Shown one piece after another: positions 1 to 9,316 of a stretch of DNA of 64,000 nt. The translations under genes were made by a program, and so were the position numbers. The first letter of the stretch is position 1; every line of letters starts with the position of its first letter. This DNA comes from a virus (lineage: Duplodnaviria; Caudoviricetes), in the IMG/VR virus record IMGVR_UViG_3300013121_000038, positions 1 through 64,000 of that record; one strand, given 5' to 3'. The notes under the pieces are model-generated. The model was given only the letters and a program-made list of their open reading frames with translations, was not told the DNA's origin and made no database searches.

Positions 1-1250
1 AGCGGCGGCTGGCCGTAGGCGGTGGGAGGGGCCTGGAGCTTGATCTCCAGACGCTCCGCCATCTTGGAGGCTTCCTTCGGCTTGTAGAGCTCGGCGAAGT
101 CGTACGGCTTGTTGAGCTCGGCGATGCGGTCCGCGAGGGACTTCCCCTGGAGGAGCTGCCTCAGGGACGGGTGGAGGTTCGCCTCGAAGTCCGCCAGGGT
201 GTCGAACTGCACGAGCACGAGGTGGCTCTGCGTGTCCTCGCCCTGGCGCTGGCCCCAGAGCACGCCGTCGAAGGCGCCCTGGACGACGACGCCAGAGCAG
301 CCGGCGTCGCAGGAGTTGACCTCGACGAGGGTGGTGGGGCGCGAGCAGTAGTGGCACGGGTACTTCTTCTGCGCCACCTCGTCGAGCTGCTTCAGGTCGC
401 GCGGGTCCTGCTCGGCGTTGATGAGCATGTTCCCGCACGTCTCGCACTTGTAGCCGTCGACGGAGAGGAAGTTGTTGCACCGCCCCTTCGGGATGGCCTG
501 GTTCTGCTGGTTCAGCATGTAGCTGCCGTCCGGGTTGCGGACGAACGCCGTGCCGCCGCACCGGCTGGAGATCTGCTTGTCCCACTCGCCGATGTCACCC
601 AGGTGGCCGGAGCCCATCTCCATGTAGCGGCGGGAGCCGTACACGTTCTGGATGCTGGACGGATCGTAGTTGGGCCAGATCTCGTTCTGCTGGAGGATCA
701 CCTGCTGGCCGGCGAGGACCCGGCAGAAGTTGCAGGTCTTGCCGAAGCACTCCGAGTCCACCAGCACCGGGCCGGAGTTGTCCTTCTTCGTGACCCACTG
801 GCTCTTGTTCTGGTCGAAGAGCGGGTGGCGGTGGTAGACGGCGAGGTGGACGATGCCGATCGAGAAGGCCTCGGTCAGCGTGATGAGCTTGTTGCCGGCG
901 TCCATGGACTGGCAGCCGATGCACGACTGCGGGTTGTGCTTGTCCCAGCCTCTGGCGCAGGCCTCGTCGATGAAGCGCTGCTTGCCGGTGTACTTGCTCA
1001 CCGTCTTGAGCCGGTGCTTCAGCCACTTGTAGTACTCCAGCTTCGACGGGATCGGCTGGCCGGTCTTGATGTCGATCTCGACGTTCTCCTGGGACGGGTT
1101 GGGGTCCAGGTAGTCGCCCTTGATGAGAACGAACGGCGCCGGGCCGTCCTTCGGGAGTCGGAACTGCTCGCGCCAGTTGCCGCGCTGGCCCCTGCCGCCG
1201 CCTCTCTTCTGCTCGGACTTCGTGTTCCTGCGGAATGCGCTCATCGCCAT
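1..1250 (-). CDS. Cys-rich protein, putative gp32-like ssDNA-binding protein (3' end outside window)
   Basis: Translated by hand (absent from the ORF track because no stop lies in the window): MAMSAFRRNTKSEQKRGGGRGQRGNWREQF..., open to position 1. Has a basic N-terminus and CIGC, CNFC, CETC, CHYC motifs, and directly follows the primase. The SSB call is inference. Confidence 0.5.
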   Translation of the reverse strand, partial: MAMSAFRRNTKSEQKRGGGRGQRGNWREQFRLPKDGPAPFVLIKGDYLDPNPSQENVEIDIKTGQPIPSKLEYYKWLKHRLKTVSKYTGKQRFIDEACARGWDKHNPQSCIGCQSMDAGNKLITLTEAFSIGIVHLAVYHRHPLFDQNKSQWVTKKDNSGPVLVDSECFGKTCNFCRVLAGQQVILQQNEIWPNYDPSSIQNVYGSRRYMEMGSGHLGDIGEWDKQISSRCGGTAFVRNPDGSYMLNQQNQAIPKGRCNNFLSVDGYKCETCGNMLINAEQDPRDLKQLDEVAQKKYPCHYCSRPTTLVEVNSCDAGCSGVVVQGAFDGVLWGQRQGEDTQSHLVLVQFDTLADFEANLHPSLRQLLQGKSLADRIAELNKPYDFAELYKPKEASKMAERLEIKLQAPPTAYGQPP

Positions 1251-1254
1251 GGCA

Positions 1255-2334
1255 CTACCTCGCGTACTGACTCATGTAGACGTGGAAGTCGAGGCTGGCG
1301 GCCACCATCTGATGGATGCCTTGTGCCTCGTAATCGTCTGGCTGCGAGTCAGCGTTGTCGTGGATGGAAGCCTGCACGTCCTCCAGGGGATACGGCACAA
1401 CCTTCAGACGCCCGTGCAGAGGGCGCCACAACAGTTGGCCGATTCTCTTGACTGCCTTCCTGCCGGGAGCGTCGTTGTCGAGCAACAGCATCACGTTGCC
1501 GCCGAGACGGTGAAGCATCCTCTGCTGAGTCTCGGAGACGTAGCTGCCCATGAGCGCCACCGTGTTCAAGTACCCGCACTGGATCATCCAGAGACAAGCC
1601 TTGAAGCCTTCGACCACGAAGACCGTATCGTCGGGGTCTGACATCCCCTGAACCCTTGGGTAGACACGGTTGAAGTTCCAGATGAGATCGTGGTTCTCGC
1701 ACTTGAAGCCAGGGAACTGCTCATCGAACCACTCGCCGAAGTCTCCGGTGATGAAGACGTTGTGGTCGTCCTTGTAGCCGCCCTGGTACACCTTGTACTT
1801 CGGCTGCTGCGTCGGCATCGTGCGGCCTCCAGAGATGCCGGCCAGATTCCCGTACATGTCCCGCAGCGGGTAGGTGACACGGTTGTGGCGTCGGTCGAAA
1901 CCGACCTCCATGTCTTGCAGCAGGCCCATGTCGAAGCCTGCTTCCAGCAGAGACGAAGGACACCACTCGTAGACGCCGAGCAGCGCCTCCGGCAGAACAC
2001 TTCTGGCCTTGAAGGGATCGTTGTTCGTGAAGAGATGCTGCTTCTCGAACTCGGCCTTGCGGCGGTTCTCGTCGAGCTGTGGCTGGATGACTGCGAGCTC
2101 GATGTCGATCTGGGGTCTCGGAAGACCCAAGAGCTTCAGCAGGTAGCGGACGTCTCCAGCGACGTGGCAGGTGAAGCAGTGGAAGAGGCCAAGGTCCGGG
2201 TTGACGCTGAACGACGGCTTCTTCTCCTGTCCTTCCTTGTGGAACGGGCACTTCGTCAAAGCGTTCCCGCCCGCTCCCGGCCGAAGACTGCTCGGCAGGT
2301 AGCGTTGGAGGAGCGCCAGAATGTGGTCGCGCAT
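1255..2334 (-). CDS. dnaG: DNA primase (CHC2 Zn finger + TOPRIM)
   Basis: CPFH...PSFSVN...FHCFTC Zn finger; VFVVEGFKA and LLLDNDAPG TOPRIM motifs. Confidence 0.93.
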   Translation of the reverse strand: MRDHILALLQRYLPSSLRPGAGGNALTKCPFHKEGQEKKPSFSVNPDLGLFHCFTCHVAGDVRYLLKLLGLPRPQIDIELAVIQPQLDENRRKAEFEKQHLFTNNDPFKARSVLPEALLGVYEWCPSSLLEAGFDMGLLQDMEVGFDRRHNRVTYPLRDMYGNLAGISGGRTMPTQQPKYKVYQGGYKDDHNVFITGDFGEWFDEQFPGFKCENHDLIWNFNRVYPRVQGMSDPDDTVFVVEGFKACLWMIQCGYLNTVALMGSYVSETQQRMLHRLGGNVMLLLDNDAPGRKAVKRIGQLLWRPLHGRLKVVPYPLEDVQASIHDNADSQPDDYEAQGIHQMVAASLDFHVYMSQYAR

Positions 2335-2336
2335 GG

Positions 2337-3746
2337 CTACTTCGGGGCTGGGATCTTCGGATCCACCTGCCGGTAGTTGGATGGGTCCTTGCGGAAGGCG
2401 GAACCGGGTGGCTTGGCCTGCTGCTTCTTCGCCTCCGTGCCGTAATCCTCTTCGACCTCCTCCTCGATGATGGGACGGATGAACGAGAAGTCTGTGGCAG
2501 GAGTGCCGTTGATGACGATGCCGTCGAGAGCGCCCTCACGGAGCTTCGGAGAGTACATGTGGACCTCCGAGTGCTTCAGCCCGTGGTCGTCTCGTCTCAT
2601 GATGTGCTTCGTCTTGAAGACGGCGTCGGCGTCCTGGTTGAAGGCGTCGGTGAAGGCCATGTCGACGAAGTCGGCACCCTTCACCTTGTCCGACTGCTTG
2701 TTGGCCTGGGTGATGGCGACGACTGGGATGTTGACGCCCAGAGCCGTCTGACGAAGATCCTGCGAGATGTGCAAGATGTTCTTCCAGTCGGTGGTGCGCT
2801 GGTTCGAGCGATCGTCTCGCATCAGGTAGACGCCGTCGACGAAGACGATGTCCGGCTGGAGCTCCTTGATCTTCGCCTGGAGCCAGCCCACTCCTCCGCC
2901 GTTGGCGCTGCGATCGGCAGTGATGATGAAGGCCGGCTGATGCCCGCTGGTCTTCGCCACCATCTCCTCACCTGCCATCAGATGCTGAAGCACCTGCTGG
3001 ACGTAGGCGAAGAGCTCTGGCTGTAGCGTGCCGTTCTTGAACGCCCGGTAGTCGACGCTGCACATGGCGGCTGCCACACGCTGCGCGATCTGGAGGTTCG
3101 GCATCTCCCGGGTGTAGTAGAGCACTCGACGGTGCGAATGCATGTAGGCGTGGACGGCCATGTAGAGGGCCACCCACGTCTTCATCGAGCCAGGCCGGCC
3201 GTAGATGACGAAGTACTGGCCGTTCTGAAGTCCCTGCGTTTCGACGTTCAGCTCATGCCACGGGAACGGGATGCCGAGAAGTCCGCCGGCCTGAGAGACC
3301 GAGGCGTACTTGTCCATGAGCGTCTGGTAGGCGCCCGACATCGAAAGGTCGTGGGAGACCTGTTCCAGTCCAGCGATGGTCTGGACTCCGCTCTTGAGAC
3401 TGACGAGAGCAGCGTACGGATCCTTGTCGGCTTCGAGTGAGAGCTTTTGGATGAGCCCCCACAGTTCGATCTTCAGCTTCTGGTCCCGAAGCGCCTTGCA
3501 GAGAACCGGGACTTGGTCCGGTGCGTAGGTCGCGTTGAAGCTGGGGTAGTACTGCTTGACCATGTCCAGCGACGGCACCAGTCCCGTGGTCTGCGGGTGG
3601 TGGTAGATGTACCTCAGGTACTCGTAGACCTGGCGCACCTCTGGGACCGTGAAGAAGTCCGACGTGATCTGGGCCTTCTCCAGAGAGGTGAAGTCCTTGT
3701 CCTCGATGACCCGTGAGATGAGGGCGAACTCGATATGCGTCGACAC
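2337..3746 (-). CDS. dnaB: Replicative DnaB-like (SF4) helicase
   Basis: Walker A GRPGSMKT, Walker B IVFVDG, VVAITQAN, QDADAV; adjacent to primase. Confidence 0.88.
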   Translation of the reverse strand: MSTHIEFALISRVIEDKDFTSLEKAQITSDFFTVPEVRQVYEYLRYIYHHPQTTGLVPSLDMVKQYYPSFNATYAPDQVPVLCKALRDQKLKIELWGLIQKLSLEADKDPYAALVSLKSGVQTIAGLEQVSHDLSMSGAYQTLMDKYASVSQAGGLLGIPFPWHELNVETQGLQNGQYFVIYGRPGSMKTWVALYMAVHAYMHSHRRVLYYTREMPNLQIAQRVAAAMCSVDYRAFKNGTLQPELFAYVQQVLQHLMAGEEMVAKTSGHQPAFIITADRSANGGGVGWLQAKIKELQPDIVFVDGVYLMRDDRSNQRTTDWKNILHISQDLRQTALGVNIPVVAITQANKQSDKVKGADFVDMAFTDAFNQDADAVFKTKHIMRRDDHGLKHSEVHMYSPKLREGALDGIVINGTPATDFSFIRPIIEEEVEEDYGTEAKKQQAKPPGSAFRKDPSNYRQVDPKIPAPK

Positions 3747-3771
3747 AGCCTCTCCTTGCAGGGTGACAGGC

Positions 3772-3819
3772 TAAAAGCAGGACGGCGGAGGAGGGCTGAC
3801 CCATCTCCGCCGCCTGCTT
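3772..3819 (-). terminator. Hairpin followed by TTTT on the minus strand, upstream of the helicase (terminator or attenuator)
   Basis: AAGCAGG(A)CGGCGGAG...CTCCGCCGCCTGCTT inverted repeat; the minus strand continues TTTTAG. Confidence 0.5.
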
Positions 3820-3904
3820 ATGTCCGAAATCATCGACGAGCTTGCTTCATGGTGGCCTCAACGCGAGTGTCCCACCATGAACGACACGCGTGAGTACGGT
3901 CAAG

Positions 3905-4210
3905 CTACAAGCCAGGGATCCCATCGGTTGGGGTCGCGATGGGTGCCGGACCACCACCTGTAGACGTGCCCTCCTCGAAGACCTCGGCGGCGACGTCGTT
4001 CTCGATGGACTCCATGAGCGCGTCGAGGCGCTTCAGGGTCTCCGGGCTCCAGCCGTTGAGCTTGTTCATCGAGCCGTAGCGCCGGCCGTTCTTCGTGTCG
4101 GCGTACCCAGCGACCACGCGGAGATGGACGTCCGGGTACGCCAAGACCTCGATGTAGATCTCGCCCAGGAAGATGGCGTCGAACTTCGGCTTGCCGAGAA
4201 CCGTCCTCAT
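3905..4210 (-). CDS. Hypothetical protein
   Basis: Likely start MRTVLG at 4210, with ATGA overlap on the upstream stop. Confidence 0.7.
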   Translation of the reverse strand: MRTVLGKPKFDAIFLGEIYIEVLAYPDVHLRVVAGYADTKNGRRYGSMNKLNGWSPETLKRLDALMESIENDVAAEVFEEGTSTGGGPAPIATPTDGIPGL

Positions 4211-4551
4211 GACTTGAGCTTCTCGTACTCGGCCCGGCCCAGCTCTTGCTGCTGCTTGCAGTACTCGCGGGACCACATGCCGATGGTCTGGACCACCTGG
4301 TGGATGGTCGCGTCGTCCTGGTTGCAGGAGATCGAGAGCGTCACCGAGGTGCTCACCCCGTTGCCGAAGTTCTCCTTGAAGCTCAGGTCCGTCGTGACCG
4401 CGACTCGGAACTGCGCATCTCCCATCACCTGCTTGCTGAAGTCGGCCATCTCTTTTGGTACCTCTCCGTCGTGGTTGGAAGTGAACACCTGCCCGTTGAG
4501 CATGATGTCGATCCTGCCGGTGATCTTAGGCAGGCGTAGATGCAACTCCAT
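4207..4551 (-). CDS. Hypothetical protein
   Basis: 114 aa ORF with GGAGG RBS, in operon. Confidence 0.75.
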   Translation of the reverse strand: MELHLRLPKITGRIDIMLNGQVFTSNHDGEVPKEMADFSKQVMGDAQFRVAVTTDLSFKENFGNGVSTSVTLSISCNQDDATIHQVVQTIGMWSREYCKQQQELGRAEYEKLKS

Positions 4552-4750
4552 GGGCCTCCTCCTCGCCCTTGTTCATGTGGTTCTTGCACTCCAGACACGT
4601 CGCCTTGTCCGCCCACTCCTCGGAGTAGAAGTCGATGGGCGGAATGAGTCCTCCGTTGTCGAGGGCGATGCACGTGGTGCCGCACCACATCGTCCAGACT
4701 GGTTCGTGAGGAGGGCTCTTGGCTTCGTTGATGATGTGGAAGGGCCCCAT
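4526..4750 (-). CDS. Small Cys-containing hypothetical protein
   Basis: MGPFHIINE...WCG...CLEC; fills the gap in the operon, with AGGAG upstream. Confidence 0.6.
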   Translation of the reverse strand: MGPFHIINEAKSPPHEPVWTMWCGTTCIALDNGGLIPPIDFYSEEWADKATCLECKNHMNKGEEEAHGVASTPA

Positions 4751-4752
4751 GG

Positions 4753-4974
4753 CTACTTCTCCTTCACTGGCTCGATGTTCTGGAGCCTGAAGATGTCCCA
4801 CCACTTGTTGCCGCAGTCGCTGCACGTGTTCCGGTAGGAGATGATGTTGCCGTCGGCGATCTCCTTGCCATCGAGACCGTAGGAGAAGCCTCCGCAGTAG
4901 GGGCACTTCCCCTCGGTCTTGTACTGACGTCGTGCCTGGGCGGTGAAGTCGCCCTTCTTGGTGAGGGCCGGCAT
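4753..4974 (-). CDS. Small zinc-ribbon protein
   Basis: CPYCG...CSDCG. Confidence 0.7.
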   Translation of the reverse strand: MPALTKKGDFTAQARRQYKTEGKCPYCGGFSYGLDGKEIADGNIISYRNTCSDCGNKWWDIFRLQNIEPVKEK

Positions 4975-4977
4975 GAG

Positions 4978-5736
4978 CTACCCCTTCTTCCCACCCTTCT
5001 TCTTCTCGGTGTCGCCGACCCAGGCGAGAGGCTTCGGTCCGGTGACGGCCGGCGTGCCTTCCTCCTCCTCGTAGGCCGCGTTCAGGATCTCCTCCAGGTT
5101 CATCTCGCGGAGGAAGTTCTTCACCGGCTCGTACATGACCACCCACTCCTGCCGGAAGGCGTTCTCCGCCTTGCCGGAGTCCTTGTTGATGGTGGTGAGC
5201 TCGGTGAGGCGGGAGTACAGCCCCATCTCCTGGAGCTTGGCGATGAGGATGGCCGGGTCGAAGGTACGGGACGTCTTCGAGCTGACCTCGAATGGCCCGT
5301 ACGACTTGAAGGTGCTCTTGCCGTCCGGTCCCCGCACCACCGACTCGGCGGCGATGACCGTGCCGCGCAGAGCGTTGGCCGCCTCCTGGAGCTTGGCGTT
5401 GCGCTTCTCGATGAGCTGCTTCAGGTACTCCTGGAAGGAGACGAAGTTCTGGGCGAGACGCTTCACGAACTCCGCCGCCGTGATGCCCTGCTCCTCCGTC
5501 ACGTTCGGCATGCTCTTGTAGATGACGGAGCCGGTGGTGAAGTCGGCGATGAGATCCTGGCACTGCTTGTCGAGCTCCATGAACTCGTCGATGAGGATCT
5601 CGTAGGCGGGGCGCTGCGCGGGAACAGGAACGGGAATGGGGGCAGGGTTCATCTTGTGGATCTCCTTCGGCTTGATGCCGAGTGCTTCAGCCAGTGAGGT
5701 TGCTGCCTGGTCCAACGCCTCTTCGAGCGACTTCAT
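4978..5736 (-). CDS. Hypothetical coiled-coil protein
   Basis: 252 aa ORF with strong codon bias and ATGA overlap with the UDG gene. Confidence 0.75.
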   Translation of the reverse strand: MKSLEEALDQAATSLAEALGIKPKEIHKMNPAPIPVPVPAQRPAYEILIDEFMELDKQCQDLIADFTTGSVIYKSMPNVTEEQGITAAEFVKRLAQNFVSFQEYLKQLIEKRNAKLQEAANALRGTVIAAESVVRGPDGKSTFKSYGPFEVSSKTSRTFDPAILIAKLQEMGLYSRLTELTTINKDSGKAENAFRQEWVVMYEPVKNFLREMNLEEILNAAYEEEEGTPAVTGPKPLAWVGDTEKKKGGKKG

Positions 5737-6554
5737 TGGAACTCCGGTCTGTACGGAATGGGAGTCCCGAGATGGTGGTGCTTCAGGCCGTCCACGTACC
5801 TCAGGGCCCAGGTGAAGTCCTTCAGCGTCTTGGCGAACGAGCCGGCCTTGCTCTTGTAGTCGGCGACGCGCAGCAGGTACGAGGGGTGTAGCGTGGCCAA
5901 GACGGGGATGCGGTAGCTGGTGAGCCTCCCAGGGATGTCCACGTCGAAGAGCTCACCTCTCTTCTTCGTGATCTCGATCTGCTTGTGGGTCAGCGTCTCG
6001 ATGGCCGGCTTGCCGGCTGCGATGATGAACCACGGGTCCACGATGTAGATGATGTTGAGCAACCGCTCCCAGCAGGCTCTGGCCTCTGGGTGGGTCGGAG
6101 TGCGGTTGTCAGGAGGGCGGCAGGCCACCACGTTGGTGATGAAGAACTCCTGGGTGCGCCACTCCAGGACCTTCTCGTGGAAGTGGCTCTGGTTCCCATC
6201 GGAGTGACGGACCTGGCCGTACCACTTGTTCAGCTCCTGGATCCCAGGGTCGTCTGAGGTGGCGGCCAGGATCTGGTTGAGAAGCCTGCCTGCCGCGCCG
6301 ACGAACGGAACGCCGGTGGCGTCTTCTTCGGCACCAGGCGCCTCGCCGACGATCATGATCTTGGCGTCCGGATTCCCCTCTCCGAAGACGATGTCTCCGT
6401 ACGGCTTGCCTTCTCCGTCGATACGGAAACCGCAGAGGTTGCAACGCTGGCAGCCGTACCACTGGTCGTAGAGCTGCTTCAGCTTGTCCATCTTGCTGCC
6501 TTGGAAGCTCTGGAGCGGCACCACCTCCAGAGCCTTCTTCTTCGATGCTGCCAT
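5733..6554 (-). CDS. udg: Uracil-DNA glycosylase family 4 (Fe-S type)
   Basis: CQRCNL, VFGEGN, IVGEAPGAEED, PFVGAAG, TNVVACRPP, HPSYLLR. Confidence 0.93.
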   Translation of the reverse strand: MAASKKKALEVVPLQSFQGSKMDKLKQLYDQWYGCQRCNLCGFRIDGEGKPYGDIVFGEGNPDAKIMIVGEAPGAEEDATGVPFVGAAGRLLNQILAATSDDPGIQELNKWYGQVRHSDGNQSHFHEKVLEWRTQEFFITNVVACRPPDNRTPTHPEARACWERLLNIIYIVDPWFIIAAGKPAIETLTHKQIEITKKRGELFDVDIPGRLTSYRIPVLATLHPSYLLRVADYKSKAGSFAKTLKDFTWALRYVDGLKHHHLGTPIPYRPEFQ

Positions 6555-6556
6555 GG

Positions 6557-7075
6557 CTACCTCTTGATGTCAGCGATGATCGGTCCGGTTGGGACGACGA
6601 TCCTCGACTGCTTCCGGCGCTTGCCCTCCAGGAAGCCGAGGAGAGCGCGGCAGTACCTGAGCTGCGTGCCGAAGTCGCACCAGTCGAAGAAGAAGGCCAT
6701 CGCCGGCTTCACCTCGACGACGCCGGACTCCATGAAGTCGAAGTCCGCGAGCTGGAGCTGGACTCCGTACTGCCCGGTCTCTCTGTTCTGGAACGGGAGG
6801 CGGGAGAAGCGCTTCGGGTTCCTCAGCGAGATGAAGGGCGCGTGCTGGAAGATGGAGGCGTGGCTCTCCCCGTCCATGTAGTCCTTGTGGTCGTAGACCT
6901 CGCCGATGAGCATCTCGGTGTCGGTGAGAGCGACGCAGGCGAGAGAGGCCGTCTCGACACCGAGCCCGGCCAGCTTCTCGTGGACCTGGGCCAGCATGGC
7001 AGCGGCGGCGATCTCTTCGTTACTCGTCGAGGTTGGGTCTGGCTGGGAGTTCTGCGAAGGCTCCTGCGTAGGCAT
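6557..7075 (-). CDS. Hypothetical protein
   Basis: Start MPTQEP at 7075 preceded by AGGAG; overlaps the 3' end of the SF2 helicase gene. Confidence 0.65.
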   Translation of the reverse strand: MPTQEPSQNSQPDPTSTSNEEIAAAAMLAQVHEKLAGLGVETASLACVALTDTEMLIGEVYDHKDYMDGESHASIFQHAPFISLRNPKRFSRLPFQNRETGQYGVQLQLADFDFMESGVVEVKPAMAFFFDWCDFGTQLRYCRALLGFLEGKRRKQSRIVVPTGPIIADIKR

Positions 7076-8474
7076 TGGCGATCTCCTGAGAAACGTATGT
7101 GGGGTACGGGTACGGTGGGTTGGTTTCCAGCTCGAAGCCCCAGGCTCTGAGGTTGGCCCTGAGGCGGTGGCATAGCGCACGAAGAGGGCCAACGTGGAAG
7201 TCCTCGAAGACCACCATCACTGGGGACTGCTTGTTGGGATGGAGCCTCTGGATGCGGCCCATCGACTGCTGAAGGGAGTTCTTCGACCTGAAGGGCGTCA
7301 GCCAGAAGAGTGTGTCGAGAGCTGAGTCGTCTACTCCCTCGCTGCCGAGCTTGGCGATCGCGAAGACGATCTGATTCGACCTAAGAATCGAAGTTCGCTC
7401 TTCCTTCGGAGTGGCCCCAAGGATGAGACCAGACTGTGGGAAGATGGCGTGGAAGAGCTTGAGCTGATCCTTCGAGTGGGACAGGCACAGGATCTTCCGT
7501 CCCTGAATCAGAGCGTCCTGGATGGCGTAGTAGCGGTAGATGTTGCCAGGTGTGTCTCTTCCGAGGAGCGTCCGCAGCATCGAGATGTTGATGGTGCCGC
7601 CTTTCATCTTGCAGACGCTGAAGTCGAACTTCGTCGGTGTCCTCCAGAAGTAGATGCGAGGTACCAGGTCCTGGGAGAGATCGGTGTAGAAGGGCTCGCC
7701 CAGGTGGTAGCGGTAGATGGGGTCGAGGCCGTCTTCCCGCTGGACCGTGGCGGTGAGACCGATGCGGTTTCCGTAGAACGGCTCGGCGCAAAGCGAGAAG
7801 ACCGGAGCGCCGAGTCGGTGGACCTCGTCGTAGATGATGAGGCCGAAGCGACGGAAGAACTCTTCCGGGATCTTCCTGTCCCGGATCTTGAGAGCCAAGG
7901 TCGAGATGAGAGCGAGGACGATCGGCTCCTGCCACTCGAACTGCGGACCCTGGATGAGACCGAGGCTGCCATGGAATCTCAGGCCGACGGGAGTCCTGTC
8001 GCTGCCTAGGATGGCTTCCTGCCACTGCGTGAGGATGCCGCCGTCGGGGACGATGACGAGAGTCGGCACCTTCATCTGGGCGATCTTCTTGACCGCCAGC
8101 TTCGTCTTCCCCTTCCCGCATCCTAGGTTGAGGATGCCGTTGTCGTTGGCTGCGAAGGCGGCCCACGCTCTCTTCTGCTCTTCGTCCCTTGGAACGACGC
8201 AGTCCTCGAACTCGATGTGATCGAACCGAGGGCTAAGATCGACGAAGGGAAAGCGGTAGTGGGGGTACTGAGAGGACGGCAGGAACTCCCGAGGGCAGAC
8301 GATGTGGTGAGCCGCATCGTTCCACAGCCTAAGAAGTTCCTGCCCATCCTTCCCAGCCACGAGAAACTCCAGGGCTCGCTGGACCTGGCTCGTGCGCACA
8401 GCGGCCTTGGGCAGCCAGAGACGATTGCCGACGTACGCCTTGTCTGGCTCTTTCGGAACGAACTGGAGCGTCAT
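7020..8474 (-). CDS. Superfamily 2 DExH helicase
   Basis: GCGKGKT, IIYDEVH, GLTAT, EGVD, QSMGRIQR. Confidence 0.9.
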   Translation of the reverse strand: MTLQFVPKEPDKAYVGNRLWLPKAAVRTSQVQRALEFLVAGKDGQELLRLWNDAAHHIVCPREFLPSSQYPHYRFPFVDLSPRFDHIEFEDCVVPRDEEQKRAWAAFAANDNGILNLGCGKGKTKLAVKKIAQMKVPTLVIVPDGGILTQWQEAILGSDRTPVGLRFHGSLGLIQGPQFEWQEPIVLALISTLALKIRDRKIPEEFFRRFGLIIYDEVHRLGAPVFSLCAEPFYGNRIGLTATVQREDGLDPIYRYHLGEPFYTDLSQDLVPRIYFWRTPTKFDFSVCKMKGGTINISMLRTLLGRDTPGNIYRYYAIQDALIQGRKILCLSHSKDQLKLFHAIFPQSGLILGATPKEERTSILRSNQIVFAIAKLGSEGVDDSALDTLFWLTPFRSKNSLQQSMGRIQRLHPNKQSPVMVVFEDFHVGPLRALCHRLRANLRAWGFELETNPPYPYPTYVSQEIANAYAGAFAELPARPNLDE

Positions 8475-8513
8475 GCTCTCCTCATGCCCGAGGCTTCTAT
8501 CACGAGGGACCGA

Positions 8514-9173
8514 CTATGGATGCGGTGTCACGTCCACCGTCTGCTGCGAAGCAGGTGGCATAGGCGGCGAGAAGACCATCTGCCGCAGGAGCCACCACGA
8601 GAACTGGAGAGCGGCGCCACCGAGATGCCGACCGAACTCGATCCTGGCTCTCCGCCCGAAGCTCTCACCGGGCTGCTGCGGATGGATCACCGCCGGCACA
8701 TTCCAGATGGCGGCTGCTCCAGGGTCCTGGTAGTAGCCGAGGTAGCCGAGCTGGGAGAACCCCAGAGATGAGGGCACCGGGAAGTGGATCGGGGACCACG
8801 GAGCCACGGCGTGCATCGGTACTGGTTGCTGAGGCATCTGCTGAGGCATCGGCGCTTGCTGCACCGGCACTCGGAAGACGTTGGGGGCCGGCTGTGGAGG
8901 ATTCCACGGGGGTGGTCTCCACTGCGGTTGCTGCGGCTGCGTCTGCACCATCATTGGCGGGGGAACCGGGATGAACGGCGCCGGCGCTGGCATCCCGGGG
9001 TAGAACTGCGCCGGCTGGACAGTCGCTGCCGGCGGAGCGTACTGAGGAAACGAAGACATCCTGATGACCTCTTGTCGGCATTGGTTGTTGAAACTACACG
9101 CGATACATCTTGGGGACTCGTTGTCGTACCCTCTTCCAAAGCACGAGGGCGGTGCATACGGGCTCAAGAACAC
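8514..9173 (-). CDS. Pro/Gln-rich protein with N-terminal 4-Cys motif
   Basis: CFG...CIACSFNNQC then a P/Q low-complexity region; GTG start with AAGGAG RBS. Confidence 0.7.
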   Translation of the reverse strand: MFLSPYAPPSCFGRGYDNESPRCIACSFNNQCRQEVIRMSSFPQYAPPAATVQPAQFYPGMPAPAPFIPVPPPMMVQTQPQQPQWRPPPWNPPQPAPNVFRVPVQQAPMPQQMPQQPVPMHAVAPWSPIHFPVPSSLGFSQLGYLGYYQDPGAAAIWNVPAVIHPQQPGESFGRRARIEFGRHLGGAALQFSWWLLRQMVFSPPMPPASQQTVDVTPHP

Positions 9174-9206
9174 GGCCCTCTTCTCCTTGCGCTAAGAGTT
9201 CTCTAC

Positions 9207-9217
9207 GTTCTTATGCC
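9207..9217 (-). promoter_or_regulatory. Putative phage-specific early promoter GGCATAAGAAC
   Basis: Identical 11-mer at 18081-18091; lies ahead of the replication operon. Confidence 0.65.
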
Positions 9218-9253
9218 AAAGAGCTGAGCCACCTTGCTCAGCCTCCATTCTCG

Positions 9254-9283
9254 TTGCCACTCCAGACTCACATGCCCTACACT
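9254..9283 (+). promoter_or_regulatory. Sigma70-like promoter TTGCCA-N18-TACACT
   Basis: -35/-10 match upstream of the first plus-strand gene; the same pattern occurs at three other sites. Confidence 0.6.
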
Positions 9284-9316
9284 CCCGAAAACGAAGGGTC
9301 TCCCCACACTTAGGAG

